Shown in pieces: positions 19,254 to 30,200 of a DNA stretch of 64,000 bases; within the stretch, counting starts at the first letter, position 1; the number at the start of each line of letters is the position of its first letter. Origin of the DNA: an uncultured Syntrophobacter sp. (lineage in GTDB: Bacteria; Desulfobacterota; Binatia; UBA9968); NCBI GenBank assembly GCA_964539925.1, contig CAZILB010000002.1, forward strand, positions 178 through 64,177. Reading direction: 5' to 3'. Under the pieces are notes generated by a model. That model had not been told where the DNA came from and made no database searches. It saw only the letters and a list, made by a program, of their open reading frames with translations. The translations under genes were made by a program, and so were the position numbers.

Positions 19254-20126
19254 ATGAGACTCGGTGTCGTCTTCCCGCAAACCGAAATCGGCGCCCATCC
19301 CGAGGGCATAAAAGACTACGCCCAGGCCGCGGAAGATCTCGGTTTTCGACATATTCTTGCTTATGATCACGTCATCGGCGCCGATACGGCAAGTCGTCCG
19401 GGCTGGAAACCGCCTTACAGTCACTTGGACAGCTTTCACGAACCCTTCGTTTTGTTCGGCTATCTGGCCGGCTTAACTCGGAAAGTGGAATTCGTCACCG
19501 GCATTATCATACTGCCGCAACGCCAGACCGTCCTCGTCGCCAAACAGGCCGCCGCGCTCGATGTCTTGAGCGGCGGTCGGCTGCGCTTCGGTATCGGCAT
19601 CGGCTGGAATCCCGTCGAATACGAGGCCCTCGGAGAAAATTTTCACAACCGCGGACGCCGCTCCGAAGAACAGATCGACCTATTGCGCAAGCTCTGGACG
19701 CAAGAATTGGTGACCTTCGACGGCTGCTGGCACAAGGTCACCGATGCCGGCATCAACCCGCTGCCGGTGCAGCGGCCGATCCCACTCTGGTTTGGCGGCG
19801 GCGACAACCGCGCGCTGCGCCGCTTGGCCCGACTCGGCGACGGCTGGTTTCCCCTCATGGCACCGGACAACAAACTGTCTGCAACTATCGAGAGGATCCG
19901 CAACGACGCCCGAGAAGCGGGCCGCGACCCCGATACGATCGGTATCGAAGGGCGCATTGCCTACGGCCAGGGATTGCCGGAATCTTGGCTCAAAGATCTC
20001 GAAGCCTGGCAGAAGCTCGGCGCCACGCACGTAAGTTTCACTACGATGAAAGCCGGTCTGAGCGGACCAGCGGCGCATATTGAAGCGATCCGCCGCTTTC
20101 AGAAAGAAACGGCGGCAAACTGGTGA
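19254..20126 (+). CDS. LLM-class (luciferase-like) F420-dependent oxidoreductase
   Basis: Start at MRLGVVFPQTE with AAGGAG RBS 8 bp upstream; the 5' part of the 386-aa ORF is non-coding. TIM-barrel LLM motifs (GFRHILAYDHV, LGIGIGWNPVEYEALG, WFGGGDN) match the F420-dependent subfamily. Confidence 0.8.
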   Translation: MRLGVVFPQTEIGAHPEGIKDYAQAAEDLGFRHILAYDHVIGADTASRPGWKPPYSHLDSFHEPFVLFGYLAGLTRKVEFVTGIIILPQRQTVLVAKQAAALDVLSGGRLRFGIGIGWNPVEYEALGENFHNRGRRSEEQIDLLRKLWTQELVTFDGCWHKVTDAGINPLPVQRPIPLWFGGGDNRALRRLARLGDGWFPLMAPDNKLSATIERIRNDAREAGRDPDTIGIEGRIAYGQGLPESWLKDLEAWQKLGATHVSFTTMKAGLSGPAAHIEAIRRFQKETAANW

Positions 20127-21279
20127 TGGGTCGCAGCGAGGCCGCCGACTCCAAAGGGACGCCCGGCCGCTTGCTCAACCACTGGCGCACGGCTTCGAAA
20201 GGTTCTCCCCCGCTTGCCGTGGCCTCCTTTAAGGCATTCACCGTGCGGGCCAGATTGCGCTCGCAGGCCTCGTAGAGCGCCTCGAATAAGTCGAGATTCT
20301 TGAGGTAGACCACATAGTGCATTAGGGTGGCGTTATTCAGCGGGCGCTGGCTAAAGCCGCGCAAGCGGTGTCCCGGCCGATCGGCGATGCGTTTGGCCCA
20401 CTCCGCTTTGCTCCGTTCGAAAACCGTTTCGCGAAGACGCAGCTTGTCTTGCCGCGAAATGTCCCGGCCATAAAGTCCCGCGAGCGTATCCACGACTTCG
20501 GCGATAAAGCGGCCGAACTCCTTTTCCTCCTCCCAGGCGCGGATCGCGCTTTGATATTCGGCGCTGTTCTCGCCCCGGCGCTCGCGAAAAAAGTCGATGG
20601 CCGCCCGATGGCCGACGAAATTGGCCGAGCTCTCGTTGAACGCCCCGGCGCCTTTGACATAAAGCGTGTTGTGAAACAACTCGTGAAACACGATTTCGCT
20701 CAGCCTAACCTTGTCGAATCCGAGCAAGTGCCCCAGCAGCGGATCATCGAACCAGCCCAGGGTGCTGAAAGCCGCCGAGGTCCTGAGATCGGTATCGTAG
20801 TCCTGGGCTCTCAGCCGCTCAATCTCCCTTTCGGCCTCAGCCCTGGAAAAAAAACCCTTGTAGGGCACATGGCCGATGATCAAAAACCACCATGTGTACG
20901 GTCTCAATTCGGTCTTGGGCGCGGCCACGACGATATAGGTCAGATCCGGCCGGTCGACGAAAGAATGGCTGGCATAGCTGCCGCCGACGTTGAAATTGAG
21001 CACGTCCCGCGCGTATTCGCGCACTTCCAAGACCAGCCGCAATTTCGCTTGTTTCTCCAGCGCGACGTCGGGCCGCTCGAGCAAATCTGCGATCGGCTCG
21101 CGCCGCCAGAGGATCTTGCTTTGCTCGTAGGCCGCGCGCAGAAAGTACCCGGGCGCGCAGCCCGCGAGCAAAGCGCTTAGGAGCCCGCCGACGAGAATAC
21201 AAGCTGGGACTCTAAGCTGGCGAATGCGAAAACCGCGCTTCGTTGGCCGACTAGGATTTTTCCCAAAGGGGCTAAGCAT
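20041..21279 (-). CDS. predicted zinc aminopeptidase (PF10023/DUF2265-type) lipoprotein
   Basis: Lipobox LLAGCAP, HELFHN (HExxH) plus downstream ESSANF. 412 aa. Start overlaps the stop of the upstream ABC exporter gene by 8 bp. The 3' end overlaps the convergent LLM gene by 86 bp. Confidence 0.65.
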   Translation of the reverse strand: MLSPFGKNPSRPTKRGFRIRQLRVPACILVGGLLSALLAGCAPGYFLRAAYEQSKILWRREPIADLLERPDVALEKQAKLRLVLEVREYARDVLNFNVGGSYASHSFVDRPDLTYIVVAAPKTELRPYTWWFLIIGHVPYKGFFSRAEAEREIERLRAQDYDTDLRTSAAFSTLGWFDDPLLGHLLGFDKVRLSEIVFHELFHNTLYVKGAGAFNESSANFVGHRAAIDFFRERRGENSAEYQSAIRAWEEEKEFGRFIAEVVDTLAGLYGRDISRQDKLRLRETVFERSKAEWAKRIADRPGHRLRGFSQRPLNNATLMHYVVYLKNLDLFEALYEACERNLARTVNALKEATASGGEPFEAVRQWLSKRPGVPLESAASLRPITSLPPFLSESGGSLQYAPLVRSDRLSS

Positions 21280-23089
21280 GCGCCTTGATTATCGAATCCT
21301 GGGAGGTGAGTTTCAACTCCTCGCGCTCGTATTGGAGTTGGTAGAGCCGGTGGTAAATTCCCCGCTTGTCCATCAGCTCGGCGTGCGTTCCCACTTCGCG
21401 CACCTCGCCGTGGTGCAGCACGATGATCCGATTCGCATTGCGAATCGTGGAAAGCCGATGCGCGATCACGAGACAGGTGCGACCGCGCATGGCTTTTTCC
21501 AGGGCATCCTGGATGAGCATTTCGGTTTCGGTATCGACGCTGGAGGTGGCCTCATCCATGACGAGGATTTGCGGTTGGTAAACCAACACCCGCGTCAAGG
21601 AGAGCAATTGTTTTTGCCCTCCGGAAAAATTGCTGCCGCGCTCCCGCACCGCTGCGCCGTAACCCTCGGGCAGGCGGAGGATGAACTTGTCAGCGTTGGC
21701 GGCTTTGGCGGCGTTCTCGATCACATGCAGAGGCAGAGACGGGTTTCCCAGAGCCAGATTGGCGCGGATATCGCCCGAGAAGAGAAACACATCCTGAAGC
21801 ACCACGCCGATATGCCGCCTGAGCGCTGGCAAGTCCCACTGGCGCACGTCCACGCCGCCGACTTTGATCGAGCCCTTTTGAATGTCATAAAAGCGGTTGA
21901 GTAGTTTGATCGTGGTCGTCTTGCCCGAGCCGGTGGCACCGACGATGGCAACGGTCTCGCCCGGTTCGATGCGAAAGGATACGCCTTTCAGCACCGGATC
22001 GCCGGCTTTGTACTCGAACCAAACGTCATCGAAAACCACTTCGCCGCGGAACGGCTTGGGCACGACGGCATTCGCCGGGCTCTGGATCTCCACCGGCGTA
22101 TCGAGCAACTGAAAGATCCGTTCCGCCGAAGCCATCGCCGACTGCATGACCGCGTATTTCTGGCTGAAATCACGCAGCGGCACGAAAAATCGGTGCAGGT
22201 ACTCTTTGAAAGCCACAAGGGTACCGATGCCGATGATGCCGTGCAGCACTTCCCCGCCGCCATACCAGAGCAAAAGCCCGATGCTCACCGATCCGGCCGC
22301 TTCCACCATGGAGTACAGCGACGCTTCGTAGAGGTTCGACAAATGGTAGGCGTCGCGATGATCTGCGTTCAGCTCCTCGAATTCGCGGTAAGATCTCCCT
22401 TCGCGGGAAAAAAGCTGGATCACCGACATCCCCGAGATGGCCTCCCCCAGATAAGCGTTGATGCGCGCGATGCGCTCGCGGATCTGGCGGTAGGTCTGGC
22501 GCGCCTTAATGCGGAAGTAGTTGATGGCGATCGCCATCGGCGGGATCAACGCCAGCGTCACCAGAGCCAGCTCCGCATGGATATAGAACATGATGCCGAC
22601 AATCCAAAACACCATGATGAAATCGTTCACCAGGGTGATAACCCCGGATGAGAACATCTCTTGCAGCACCTCCACGTCGGTCGTCATGCGCGTGACCAGG
22701 CGCCCGACGGGGTTGCGGTCGAAGTAGCTCATTGGCAATTTCTGCACGTGGGAGAAGATCGCCACCCGGAGGTCCGCCAGACAGCGTTGGGCCACCGCCA
22801 TAGAATAATAATAGTGCGCGAACGCCGCCAGCGTCTCGCCCATGAGCGCGGCGAAAAAAAGCAGCATGACGTTTTGCAGGCCCCAGAGATCTTGACCGGC
22901 GATATAGCGGTCGATGCCGATCTTCATCAGGTAGGGCTGGGCCAAGCCGAACGCCTGCTGCAACGGCAAGAGCAGCATGCTGAAAAGAAACAGCCGCTTA
23001 TAGGGAAGGACGAAGCGCCACATGCGCTTGAGCAGCCGTAAATCGTAGGCTTTGCCGAGGATCTCTTCTTGCTGGTCTTCCGGAGCCAT
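21272..23089 (-). CDS. ABC exporter, fused permease/ATPase (MsbA/type-IV exporter family)
   Basis: 6-TM domain then NBD with [23 protein letters not shown]. 605 aa. Confidence 0.9.
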   Translation of the reverse strand: MAPEDQQEEILGKAYDLRLLKRMWRFVLPYKRLFLFSMLLLPLQQAFGLAQPYLMKIGIDRYIAGQDLWGLQNVMLLFFAALMGETLAAFAHYYYSMAVAQRCLADLRVAIFSHVQKLPMSYFDRNPVGRLVTRMTTDVEVLQEMFSSGVITLVNDFIMVFWIVGIMFYIHAELALVTLALIPPMAIAINYFRIKARQTYRQIRERIARINAYLGEAISGMSVIQLFSREGRSYREFEELNADHRDAYHLSNLYEASLYSMVEAAGSVSIGLLLWYGGGEVLHGIIGIGTLVAFKEYLHRFFVPLRDFSQKYAVMQSAMASAERIFQLLDTPVEIQSPANAVVPKPFRGEVVFDDVWFEYKAGDPVLKGVSFRIEPGETVAIVGATGSGKTTTIKLLNRFYDIQKGSIKVGGVDVRQWDLPALRRHIGVVLQDVFLFSGDIRANLALGNPSLPLHVIENAAKAANADKFILRLPEGYGAAVRERGSNFSGGQKQLLSLTRVLVYQPQILVMDEATSSVDTETEMLIQDALEKAMRGRTCLVIAHRLSTIRNANRIIVLHHGEVREVGTHAELMDKRGIYHRLYQLQYEREELKLTSQDSIIKAHA

Positions 23090-24829
23090 TTAGATCTGTT
23101 CCAGTTCCTCGCTTAAGCGCTGCTGTTGATAAAGCTCGGCGTACAAGCCGCGCCGGCGCACCAAGGCGTCGTGGCTGCCGCGCTCGATGATCCTGCCCTC
23201 ATCCAGAACCAGGATTTCGTCGGCCTCTTTCACCGCCGAGATACGGTGCGAAATGATCAAGCAGGTTTTCTCTTTGAGTATCGACTTGAGACCATGCAAA
23301 ATTTCGGCTTCGGTTTGGGCGTCCACGCTGGAGAGGCAATCGTCGAGGATCAACACCGGCGGATTCATGATCAGCGCGCGAGCGAGCGTGGCACGCTGCT
23401 TCTGTCCTCCCGACAAAGTCACACCCCGTTCGCCGACCAGAGTCTGCAGCCCGTTTGGGAAAACCTCTAGGTCGCGATCCAGCCGGGCGATCTTAATAGC
23501 GTGCTCCAGCTCCTCCTCGGAATAGCGCTCGCGGCCGAAAGTGAGATTGCGTTTGAGCGTGGTTGAAAACAGAAACGGCTCCTGGGGCACGTAGCCGATC
23601 ATTTGGCGCAGATCGGAAAGCGGCAACTGGCGGATATCGCGGCCATCGATGCGAATTTCGCCCGCGGATGCGTCAAACAAGCGCGGCACCAACTGCGCCA
23701 GCGTGCTCTTGCCGGAACCGATTCGGCCGACCAGTCCCACCGACCGGCCGACCGGCAACGTGAAACTGATACCGTCAACCGCGGGGCGGCCGTTCGCCTG
23801 CCGGCCGTAGGCGAAGGATACGTTCTTGAATTCGATGCCCGACTTCAGCGGGGGAACCGGAGACGCGTCGCGCCCGCTGGCGATTTCGGGATGCGTTTCC
23901 AGTATTTCATTGAGCCTGCGCATGGCCGCCCGGCCCCGTTCTACGAGCGACAGCATCCAGCCAAAGGCCGCCGTCGGCCAGGCGAGAACGTTGAGATAGG
24001 CAATGAAAGCCACGATGTCGGCCACCAGCAAGTCGCCGCGCATGACCCGTACGCCGCCGTACCAGATTACGATGAGCACCGTAAGACCGTTGATGCCTTG
24101 CATGACAGGATTGACGACGCCGCGCAGCTTCGCCATTTCCAGGCTCTTGATCTCATAGACTTTGTTCAGACCGACGAACTGCTGGGTTTGAAAACCCTCC
24201 TGCGAGTAGGCTTTGACGACATGCATGCCGCTCAGATTTTCCTGCACATGGCTGCTCAAGACCGACATCTGCTGCTGCACTTCGAGCGAACTCTTCATGA
24301 TCCGGCCGCGGAACTTGTTCGCCGCGTAAATGAGCAACGGAAACGGCAGGAGGGCCGCCAGAGTCATGCGCACGTCCATCGTCAGCATCAACGCGACGGC
24401 GTAGACGTAGTAAAGCGGCGCGTTGACGAAATTGAGGATGCCGGGGCCGAGCATTACGCGCACGGCCGAAATATCGTTGATCACCCGGGACATCAGGTCG
24501 CCGGTGCGCTGCGCGTGATAATATGACAACGGCAGTTTTTCGAGGTGGGCGAACAAGTCGTTGCGTAAATCATATTCGACGTTGCGTCCGGCGTTGAAGA
24601 TGAGCGATCTGGAAACGGCGCGTACCAAACCCTGAACGACAGCGGCGGCGATGATCAGGACGGCGTAGAAGGTGACGTCCTTTGCGCTCCCGCCTTGTTC
24701 AATGGTGCGCACGGCCTCGCGGATCCACCAGGGAATCCACATGACCAACGTCGCCGTGCCGAATAAACAGATTCCGCCGACCAAATAGCGACGCCAATAG
24801 CGCCAGACATACTGTGCCAATCGCCTCAT
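23090..24829 (-). CDS. ABC exporter, fused permease/ATPase (partner of the preceding gene)
   Basis: [24 protein letters not shown]. Stop abuts the start of the downstream exporter gene (ATG/TAA junction at 23089-23090). Start at [11 protein letters not shown]; the longer ORF to 25015 runs into the typA promoter. Confidence 0.9.
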   Translation of the reverse strand: MRRLAQYVWRYWRRYLVGGICLFGTATLVMWIPWWIREAVRTIEQGGSAKDVTFYAVLIIAAAVVQGLVRAVSRSLIFNAGRNVEYDLRNDLFAHLEKLPLSYYHAQRTGDLMSRVINDISAVRVMLGPGILNFVNAPLYYVYAVALMLTMDVRMTLAALLPFPLLIYAANKFRGRIMKSSLEVQQQMSVLSSHVQENLSGMHVVKAYSQEGFQTQQFVGLNKVYEIKSLEMAKLRGVVNPVMQGINGLTVLIVIWYGGVRVMRGDLLVADIVAFIAYLNVLAWPTAAFGWMLSLVERGRAAMRRLNEILETHPEIASGRDASPVPPLKSGIEFKNVSFAYGRQANGRPAVDGISFTLPVGRSVGLVGRIGSGKSTLAQLVPRLFDASAGEIRIDGRDIRQLPLSDLRQMIGYVPQEPFLFSTTLKRNLTFGRERYSEEELEHAIKIARLDRDLEVFPNGLQTLVGERGVTLSGGQKQRATLARALIMNPPVLILDDCLSSVDAQTEAEILHGLKSILKEKTCLIISHRISAVKEADEILVLDEGRIIERGSHDALVRRRGLYAELYQQQRLSEELEQI

Positions 24830-24926
24830 GTATCCGTTGAAAATACTCCACGGATGCCGGCTTCGCAAGGAAAGTGATGGGGAGGAGAGATGGACGCGCC
24901 GTTCCTCCCGCCAACGGGACCCTCGC

Positions 24927-24955
24927 TTGACATCGCTCGAGGGCTCCCCGATAAA
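24927..24955 (+). promoter_or_regulatory. sigma-70-like promoter candidate for typA
   Basis: TTGACA at 24927-24932, 17-nt spacer, GATAAA at 24950-24955. The ATG at 24963 is preceded by AAGG. Confidence 0.35.
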
Positions 24956-24962
24956 GATAAGG

Positions 24963-26798
24963 ATGACGCAAACCACAATCACCCGGCGTGACGACATCCG
25001 CAACGTCGCCATCATCGCCCACGTCGATCACGGCAAGACCACGCTCGTCGACGGTCTGCTGCGCCAGAGCGGTATCTTCCGCGTCAACGAACAGGTGGCC
25101 GAGCGGATCATGGACTCCATGGACTTGGAGCGCGAGCGCGGCATCACCATCATGGCGAAAAACACTTCGATTCGGTACGGCGAGGTGAAAATCAATATCG
25201 TCGACACGCCGGGCCACGCCGATTTCGGCGGCGAAGTGGAACGCACGCTGGCGATGGTGGACGGAGTCATGCTGCTGGTGGACGCCTCCGAAGGGCCATT
25301 GCCGCAAACCCGCTTCGTTTTGAAAAAAGCTCTGGAAGCCAAGCTGCCGCCGATCGTGTGCATCAACAAGATCGACCGCCCCGATGCCCGCGTCGCCGCG
25401 GTGCTCGACGAGATCTACGATCTGTTCATCGATCTCGACGCCACCGAGGAGCAACTTGATTTTCCGGTCGTCTACACCAATGCCCGTGCCGGCACGGCCA
25501 CCCTCGATCTCAAACAGCCGGGGGAAAACCTCAAACCGATGTTCGAGTTGATCGTCAACAAGTCGCCCGGTCCCGTGATCGATCCCGCGGTGCCGACGCA
25601 ATTTCAGGCCAACAATCTCGACTATAACGACTACGTCGGTAGGCTCGCCATCGGACGCGTCAAAAACGGCACGCTGGCTCCGGGACACTACACCCTGTGC
25701 CGCGTCGATGGCGGCCAACAAGCGATCAAAGTTTCTCAAGTGTACGGCTGGGTGGGACTCAAACGGGTGGAAGTTCCGTCGGCGGCAGCCGGCGACATCG
25801 CCGCCGTGGCCGGTATCGAGGACATCGGCATCGGCGACACGATCACCGACCGCGAACAGCCGCTGCCGCTGCCGCCGTTGCGCATCGACGAGCCGACCAT
25901 CGCCATGCTTTTCTGCGCCAACAATTCGCCCTGGTCCGGCCGCGAAGGCGAGTTCGTCACCTCGCGCAAGCTGCGCGAACGGCTGCTGTTTGAACAGCGC
26001 CGCAATGTCAGCCTGCGCGTCGAAGACACCGAGCAACCGGATATTTTGCAAGTGACCGGCCGCGGCGAGTTCGCCCTCGCCATCGTCATTGAGACCATGC
26101 GGCGCGAAGGTTACGAGCTCATGGTGTCCAAGCCCACGGTGGTCACGCGCTCGGTCGAAGGCGCGACCCATGAACCGATGGAACTGCTCGTCGTCGACAT
26201 CCCGGAGGATTTTATCGGCGTCGTATCGCAGCTTTTGGCCGTGCGCAAAGCCAAGATGACCAAGATGACCCATGCCGGGTCGAGCCGAGTGCGCCTGGAA
26301 TTCGCCGTGCCGTCGCGCGGACTCATCGGCTTTCGCTCGCGTTTTCTCACCGACACCCGCGGCACGGGTATTATGAACGCGCTGTTCAACGGTTGGGCGC
26401 CCTGGCAAGGCACCATTCAATCGCGCACCAACGGCGCCATGGTCGCCGACCGCGAAGGCCAGACGACCCCTTACGCTGTGTTTCATCTGCAGGAACGCGG
26501 CGTGCTATTCATCGCCCCCGGGACGAGAGTCTACGAGGGCATGATCGTCGGCGAGTATTCGCGCAACAACGATCTAAACGTCAATGTCTGCCGGGAAAAG
26601 AAACTCACCAACATCCGCGCCGCGGGCAAAGACGAAAACATTATCATCTCGCCGCACCGCGAAATGGGTCTGGAAGAAGGCATCGAATGGGTCGCCGACG
26701 AGGAATTGGTGGAAGTGACCCCGCAGTCAATTCGCCTGCGCAAGAAAATCCTCAAGCAATCCGAACGCCCGCGCCGCCGCCAGGACGACGACGCCTAG
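24963..26798 (+). CDS. typA: translational GTPase TypA/BipA
   Basis: G1 [10 protein letters not shown]3 DTPGHADF, G4 NKID, then EF-G-like domains. 611 aa from [27 protein letters not shown]. Confidence 0.95.
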   Translation: MTQTTITRRDDIRNVAIIAHVDHGKTTLVDGLLRQSGIFRVNEQVAERIMDSMDLERERGITIMAKNTSIRYGEVKINIVDTPGHADFGGEVERTLAMVDGVMLLVDASEGPLPQTRFVLKKALEAKLPPIVCINKIDRPDARVAAVLDEIYDLFIDLDATEEQLDFPVVYTNARAGTATLDLKQPGENLKPMFELIVNKSPGPVIDPAVPTQFQANNLDYNDYVGRLAIGRVKNGTLAPGHYTLCRVDGGQQAIKVSQVYGWVGLKRVEVPSAAAGDIAAVAGIEDIGIGDTITDREQPLPLPPLRIDEPTIAMLFCANNSPWSGREGEFVTSRKLRERLLFEQRRNVSLRVEDTEQPDILQVTGRGEFALAIVIETMRREGYELMVSKPTVVTRSVEGATHEPMELLVVDIPEDFIGVVSQLLAVRKAKMTKMTHAGSSRVRLEFAVPSRGLIGFRSRFLTDTRGTGIMNALFNGWAPWQGTIQSRTNGAMVADREGQTTPYAVFHLQERGVLFIAPGTRVYEGMIVGEYSRNNDLNVNVCREKKLTNIRAAGKDENIIISPHREMGLEEGIEWVADEELVEVTPQSIRLRKKILKQSERPRRRQDDDA

Positions 26799-27000
26799 CC
26801 CGCTTTGTTTTATGGGGCGCGCAGGCCGGGCGCCCTGGCCGGCAGGGCCCATGGCGGCTGTTTCTTGCCGATTTATTCGAACTCCATCGCTCTGACCTGG
26901 GCCAATCGCAAAATCAATCCCGATGAGCGTAACTCGGTTGCCGCACCGCCGCCGGGCGATTCCGCTCCAAGCCTGCGCGTGAGCGATGGCGGTTCGACTT

Positions 27001-27288
27001 TCATCTTTGATTCTCTCCGCTGGCCGAGCCCCATAGTTTCGATAGCGCCCCGCGGCCGAGGCGCTTCCTCAATTCCTTCGCCGTGACTCGGTATTTAAAA
27101 GCCTTTTTACCGTCAATGAACAGCACCGGGACCTCGTCGCCGTATTTTGCTTGCAGCTCGGCGCTGCCGTCGACATCGATTTCCTCCAGATTCACTGGAA
27201 TTTTCTCGGACGCTTGCCGGATCGCATGTTTCATAACTTCGCACAAACAGCAGTCCTTGCGCGAATAGAGAGTCAGATTCCGCGTCAT
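27001..27288 (-). CDS. glutaredoxin-like small protein (DUF836/thioredoxin fold, CxxC)
   Basis: MTRNLTLYSRKDCCLCEVMKH has the CxxC motif in a Grx-like beta-alpha-beta start. About 95 aa. Start is 1 bp after the stop of the upstream asmA-like gene. Confidence 0.6.
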   Translation of the reverse strand: MTRNLTLYSRKDCCLCEVMKHAIRQASEKIPVNLEEIDVDGSAELQAKYGDEVPVLFIDGKKAFKYRVTAKELRKRLGRGALSKLWGSASGENQR

Positions 27289-30200
27289 TTTATCGGGCTC
27301 CCGGGAGGATCCTTGGCCGCTTGCTTCTTTTCGCCTTCGCCAATGCCGAGAATGTTTTTCGGGATGCCGAGAACGCTCCAAAACATTTCCGACAGGGTGC
27401 CCAGAGGCGCCGGTGTGATCGTCGGCTCATCGATCCGGCCGGTGATATTGAAGCTCGCGACCAGAAAGGAATTTTTGATCGCCGCAATACCCCGACCGAG
27501 GATGGGAATCTGATGGATGGCGGCATCGATGCCCGCGAACGGACGCACGGCCACGACGAAATTAATTTCATCGCGGGAAAGATCGATCTTGCCGGCCCCG
27601 GTCATGCGCAAATCGTCGCTGTCCACCAGGAGATTTTCCGTCGCAAATACCCCTTGAACAACCTTGAAGTCGCCGGTGATGCTGCGGAAACGAATACCGT
27701 CCTTGGTCAGATCGGGCAGTTGCAGAGTGAACCAACGCGACAAGTCGAGCAAATTAAGAATCTGTACCAGCAGGCGCATGCGCAGGATCGTGCCGTCTTC
27801 GATTCGGAGGTTGAAGACCCCGTTGATATTACTGGTTCGCTCGGCATCGTTTTTGCCTATGGTTTCCAGTTTGCCCCCGAAAAAGACTTTACCCGTCATC
27901 TCCGTGTTCGTCATGTTGAACCAATGGAGAAAAGTTTCGATCGGCACCGCCTGAATCCTCGGGTCGGCGACCACCCCAAGCGTATCCGGCTTGTCGACGA
28001 TGGTCGTCAGGCCGCGGATAATGCCGCCGCCCGAACGGGCGGAAAGGTTGGTCAGGCGCCACACCCGCCGGTCGATTGTTGCGTCGGTCTGAAGGTCGCT
28101 GAATTCAAAATTCTTGAGCCGGCCCTTGGCGATACTGATCCTTCCCAGCGCGTGGAGGTTGGCGTAGAACTCGCCGGCCTCCGGATCGATTTGCGAAATC
28201 AAGTAAGTCACGTCGAGGTTGGGTGCGGCGAAATCGAACAGCAACTGGGGCTTGGCCCCGTAACGCCATCGCCCGCTGGCGCTGGCGGGAAAGCCCGCGA
28301 GCAGCGCTTTTAAGTTCTGAAAATCGATGCCCGTTTCGTCGATCTGGATCCGTCCGTTGAGTTCGCGCAGCGGCTGGAGCAAGGGTTCGACGCCCAGTTG
28401 CACGTTGACAAGATCCAGACCGCCCGTGAACCTGCGAGCCGCTTTATTTCGCAACGGCCCGCGGTAACGCACCGAGCCGCGCACAATCCCGGAATCCTGT
28501 AATGAACCGGTGTCCAGCAACAGACTGGTGACGATGCCGGCGCGAACTCCGGTGGACTCGACGATCAAGTCGAAGGCGGCATCGTCCGAAGCATACCGGG
28601 TTAAAGAGAGCTGCGCTTGCACTGGAGATCCTCGGAGAAGCGCCCGGATCTTGTCTCCTTTAATCTCCTTGGGCGACACGCGGAATTCGCCTCTGATCCC
28701 GCTCAAGACATATTGGTTATAACGCAAGCGGGCATTGTCGACAGCGACCTTGCCGTCGAATTGCGGCGGGGAGTCGCGCGCCGTCGTAATCGACAATTCC
28801 GCCTTTCCGCGCCCGCCGATCTCCTCGATCGAGGATACGAGCCGGGTGACCTGCGCCGGCAGCCACGGTTTCTCCAACTGCTCTCTCAGCTCCGCCAGAT
28901 TGACATCGGCGGCGGCGTGCAACTCGAGCTTGCCGCCGGCGGGCGCCGCGAAATCGTAACTCCCGTACATATCCGTGAAACGGGAGTCGCCAAGGTTTCC
29001 TTTCAGATCTTCAAACTTTAAGACGCCGCCTTTGAGTGAAACGCGCCCCTCCATCCCGTGCAGCGGCAATGGATCATCGACCGGCAGCTTCACAGCGACG
29101 TTGCGAATCTCGGCGTCGAACCATATCTGTTTGCCGGCGCCGGATTCGGCCAGTCGCCGCACTTCGCTAAGCCGGGCGCGAACTCCGGCTCTTTTAATCT
29201 CAACATGGCCGGCCTCCACGGCGTCGATCGCCCGTTCCAGCCGCAGCGACTGAGCGATTTTCACAGGCAAATATTGACGCAGGGCCAAGATCGGCGCCGA
29301 GAGCGCAATGAATTGGAGATCGTAATCCGGATTGTCGCTGTCCAACGAGCGTACGTCGCCTTGCAATAAGAATTTTAATTCTCCGGAGCGGAAATCGATG
29401 CGCCTCATCTGCAAGCGCTGCCGGCTCCAATCAATCTCGAACATGGCGCGTGCGTCCGCCCGGGAAATGGGCGCGCGCAACAGCTCCGGGGCGTCGACGG
29501 AAACCTGTTTGAACTCGATGTCGCCCCTGAGGCGCATTTGCCGGTTGGGCTGACCGTCCAAGTGGACGCGCTGGGCAATGTGGCCCGAAATCGATTGAAT
29601 CGGCACCCCGAGCCCCACATGCTTCTTCAAAAGCGTCGCGGGAAATTCCACCAGTTCCAAGTCCGCAATCCAGCGCGCCTCGCGAAGCTCCAGAACTTCC
29701 TCGGGAAACAAAAGGCGGCCGTCGGCCTTGACGTTCATTCTGTCGCCGTCTTTCTCAACCACGCCTCTGAAGGAGAATTCCAATGCGGCGGCGAACTCCG
29801 GTGCGCCGCGCCGCAGGGCATCTTGCATGAAGACACGCAGTCTTTCGCCCCGCGCACGCTCCAGGTTAAAGTTGGCATTCCGAAGCCGCCAAGTGCCGCG
29901 GTTCATGGAGGGCCGTGCATCGGTGTACTCGATCTCTCCGCTCTGGACTCTCACCGACCGAAGGTCGAGTTGGAATTCGCGGCCTTGTTCCTTTAAAAGA
30001 GGCTGATTCAGCAGCGTGTCGAGCAGCGGAATTCGCCCGTCCTGGTCGGAGGCGAATTGGGCGACGGGCTTTTGCAAGCGAACTTCATAAAAGATCACCC
30101 TCCGTTCCAAGAGCGGCCTGAGAGCGACTCGCGCCGTAACGCTCTCCGCCGTGATTACAGGCACCGTCGCGCCAGGTTCCGAGATGGCGAGACGGTGGAA

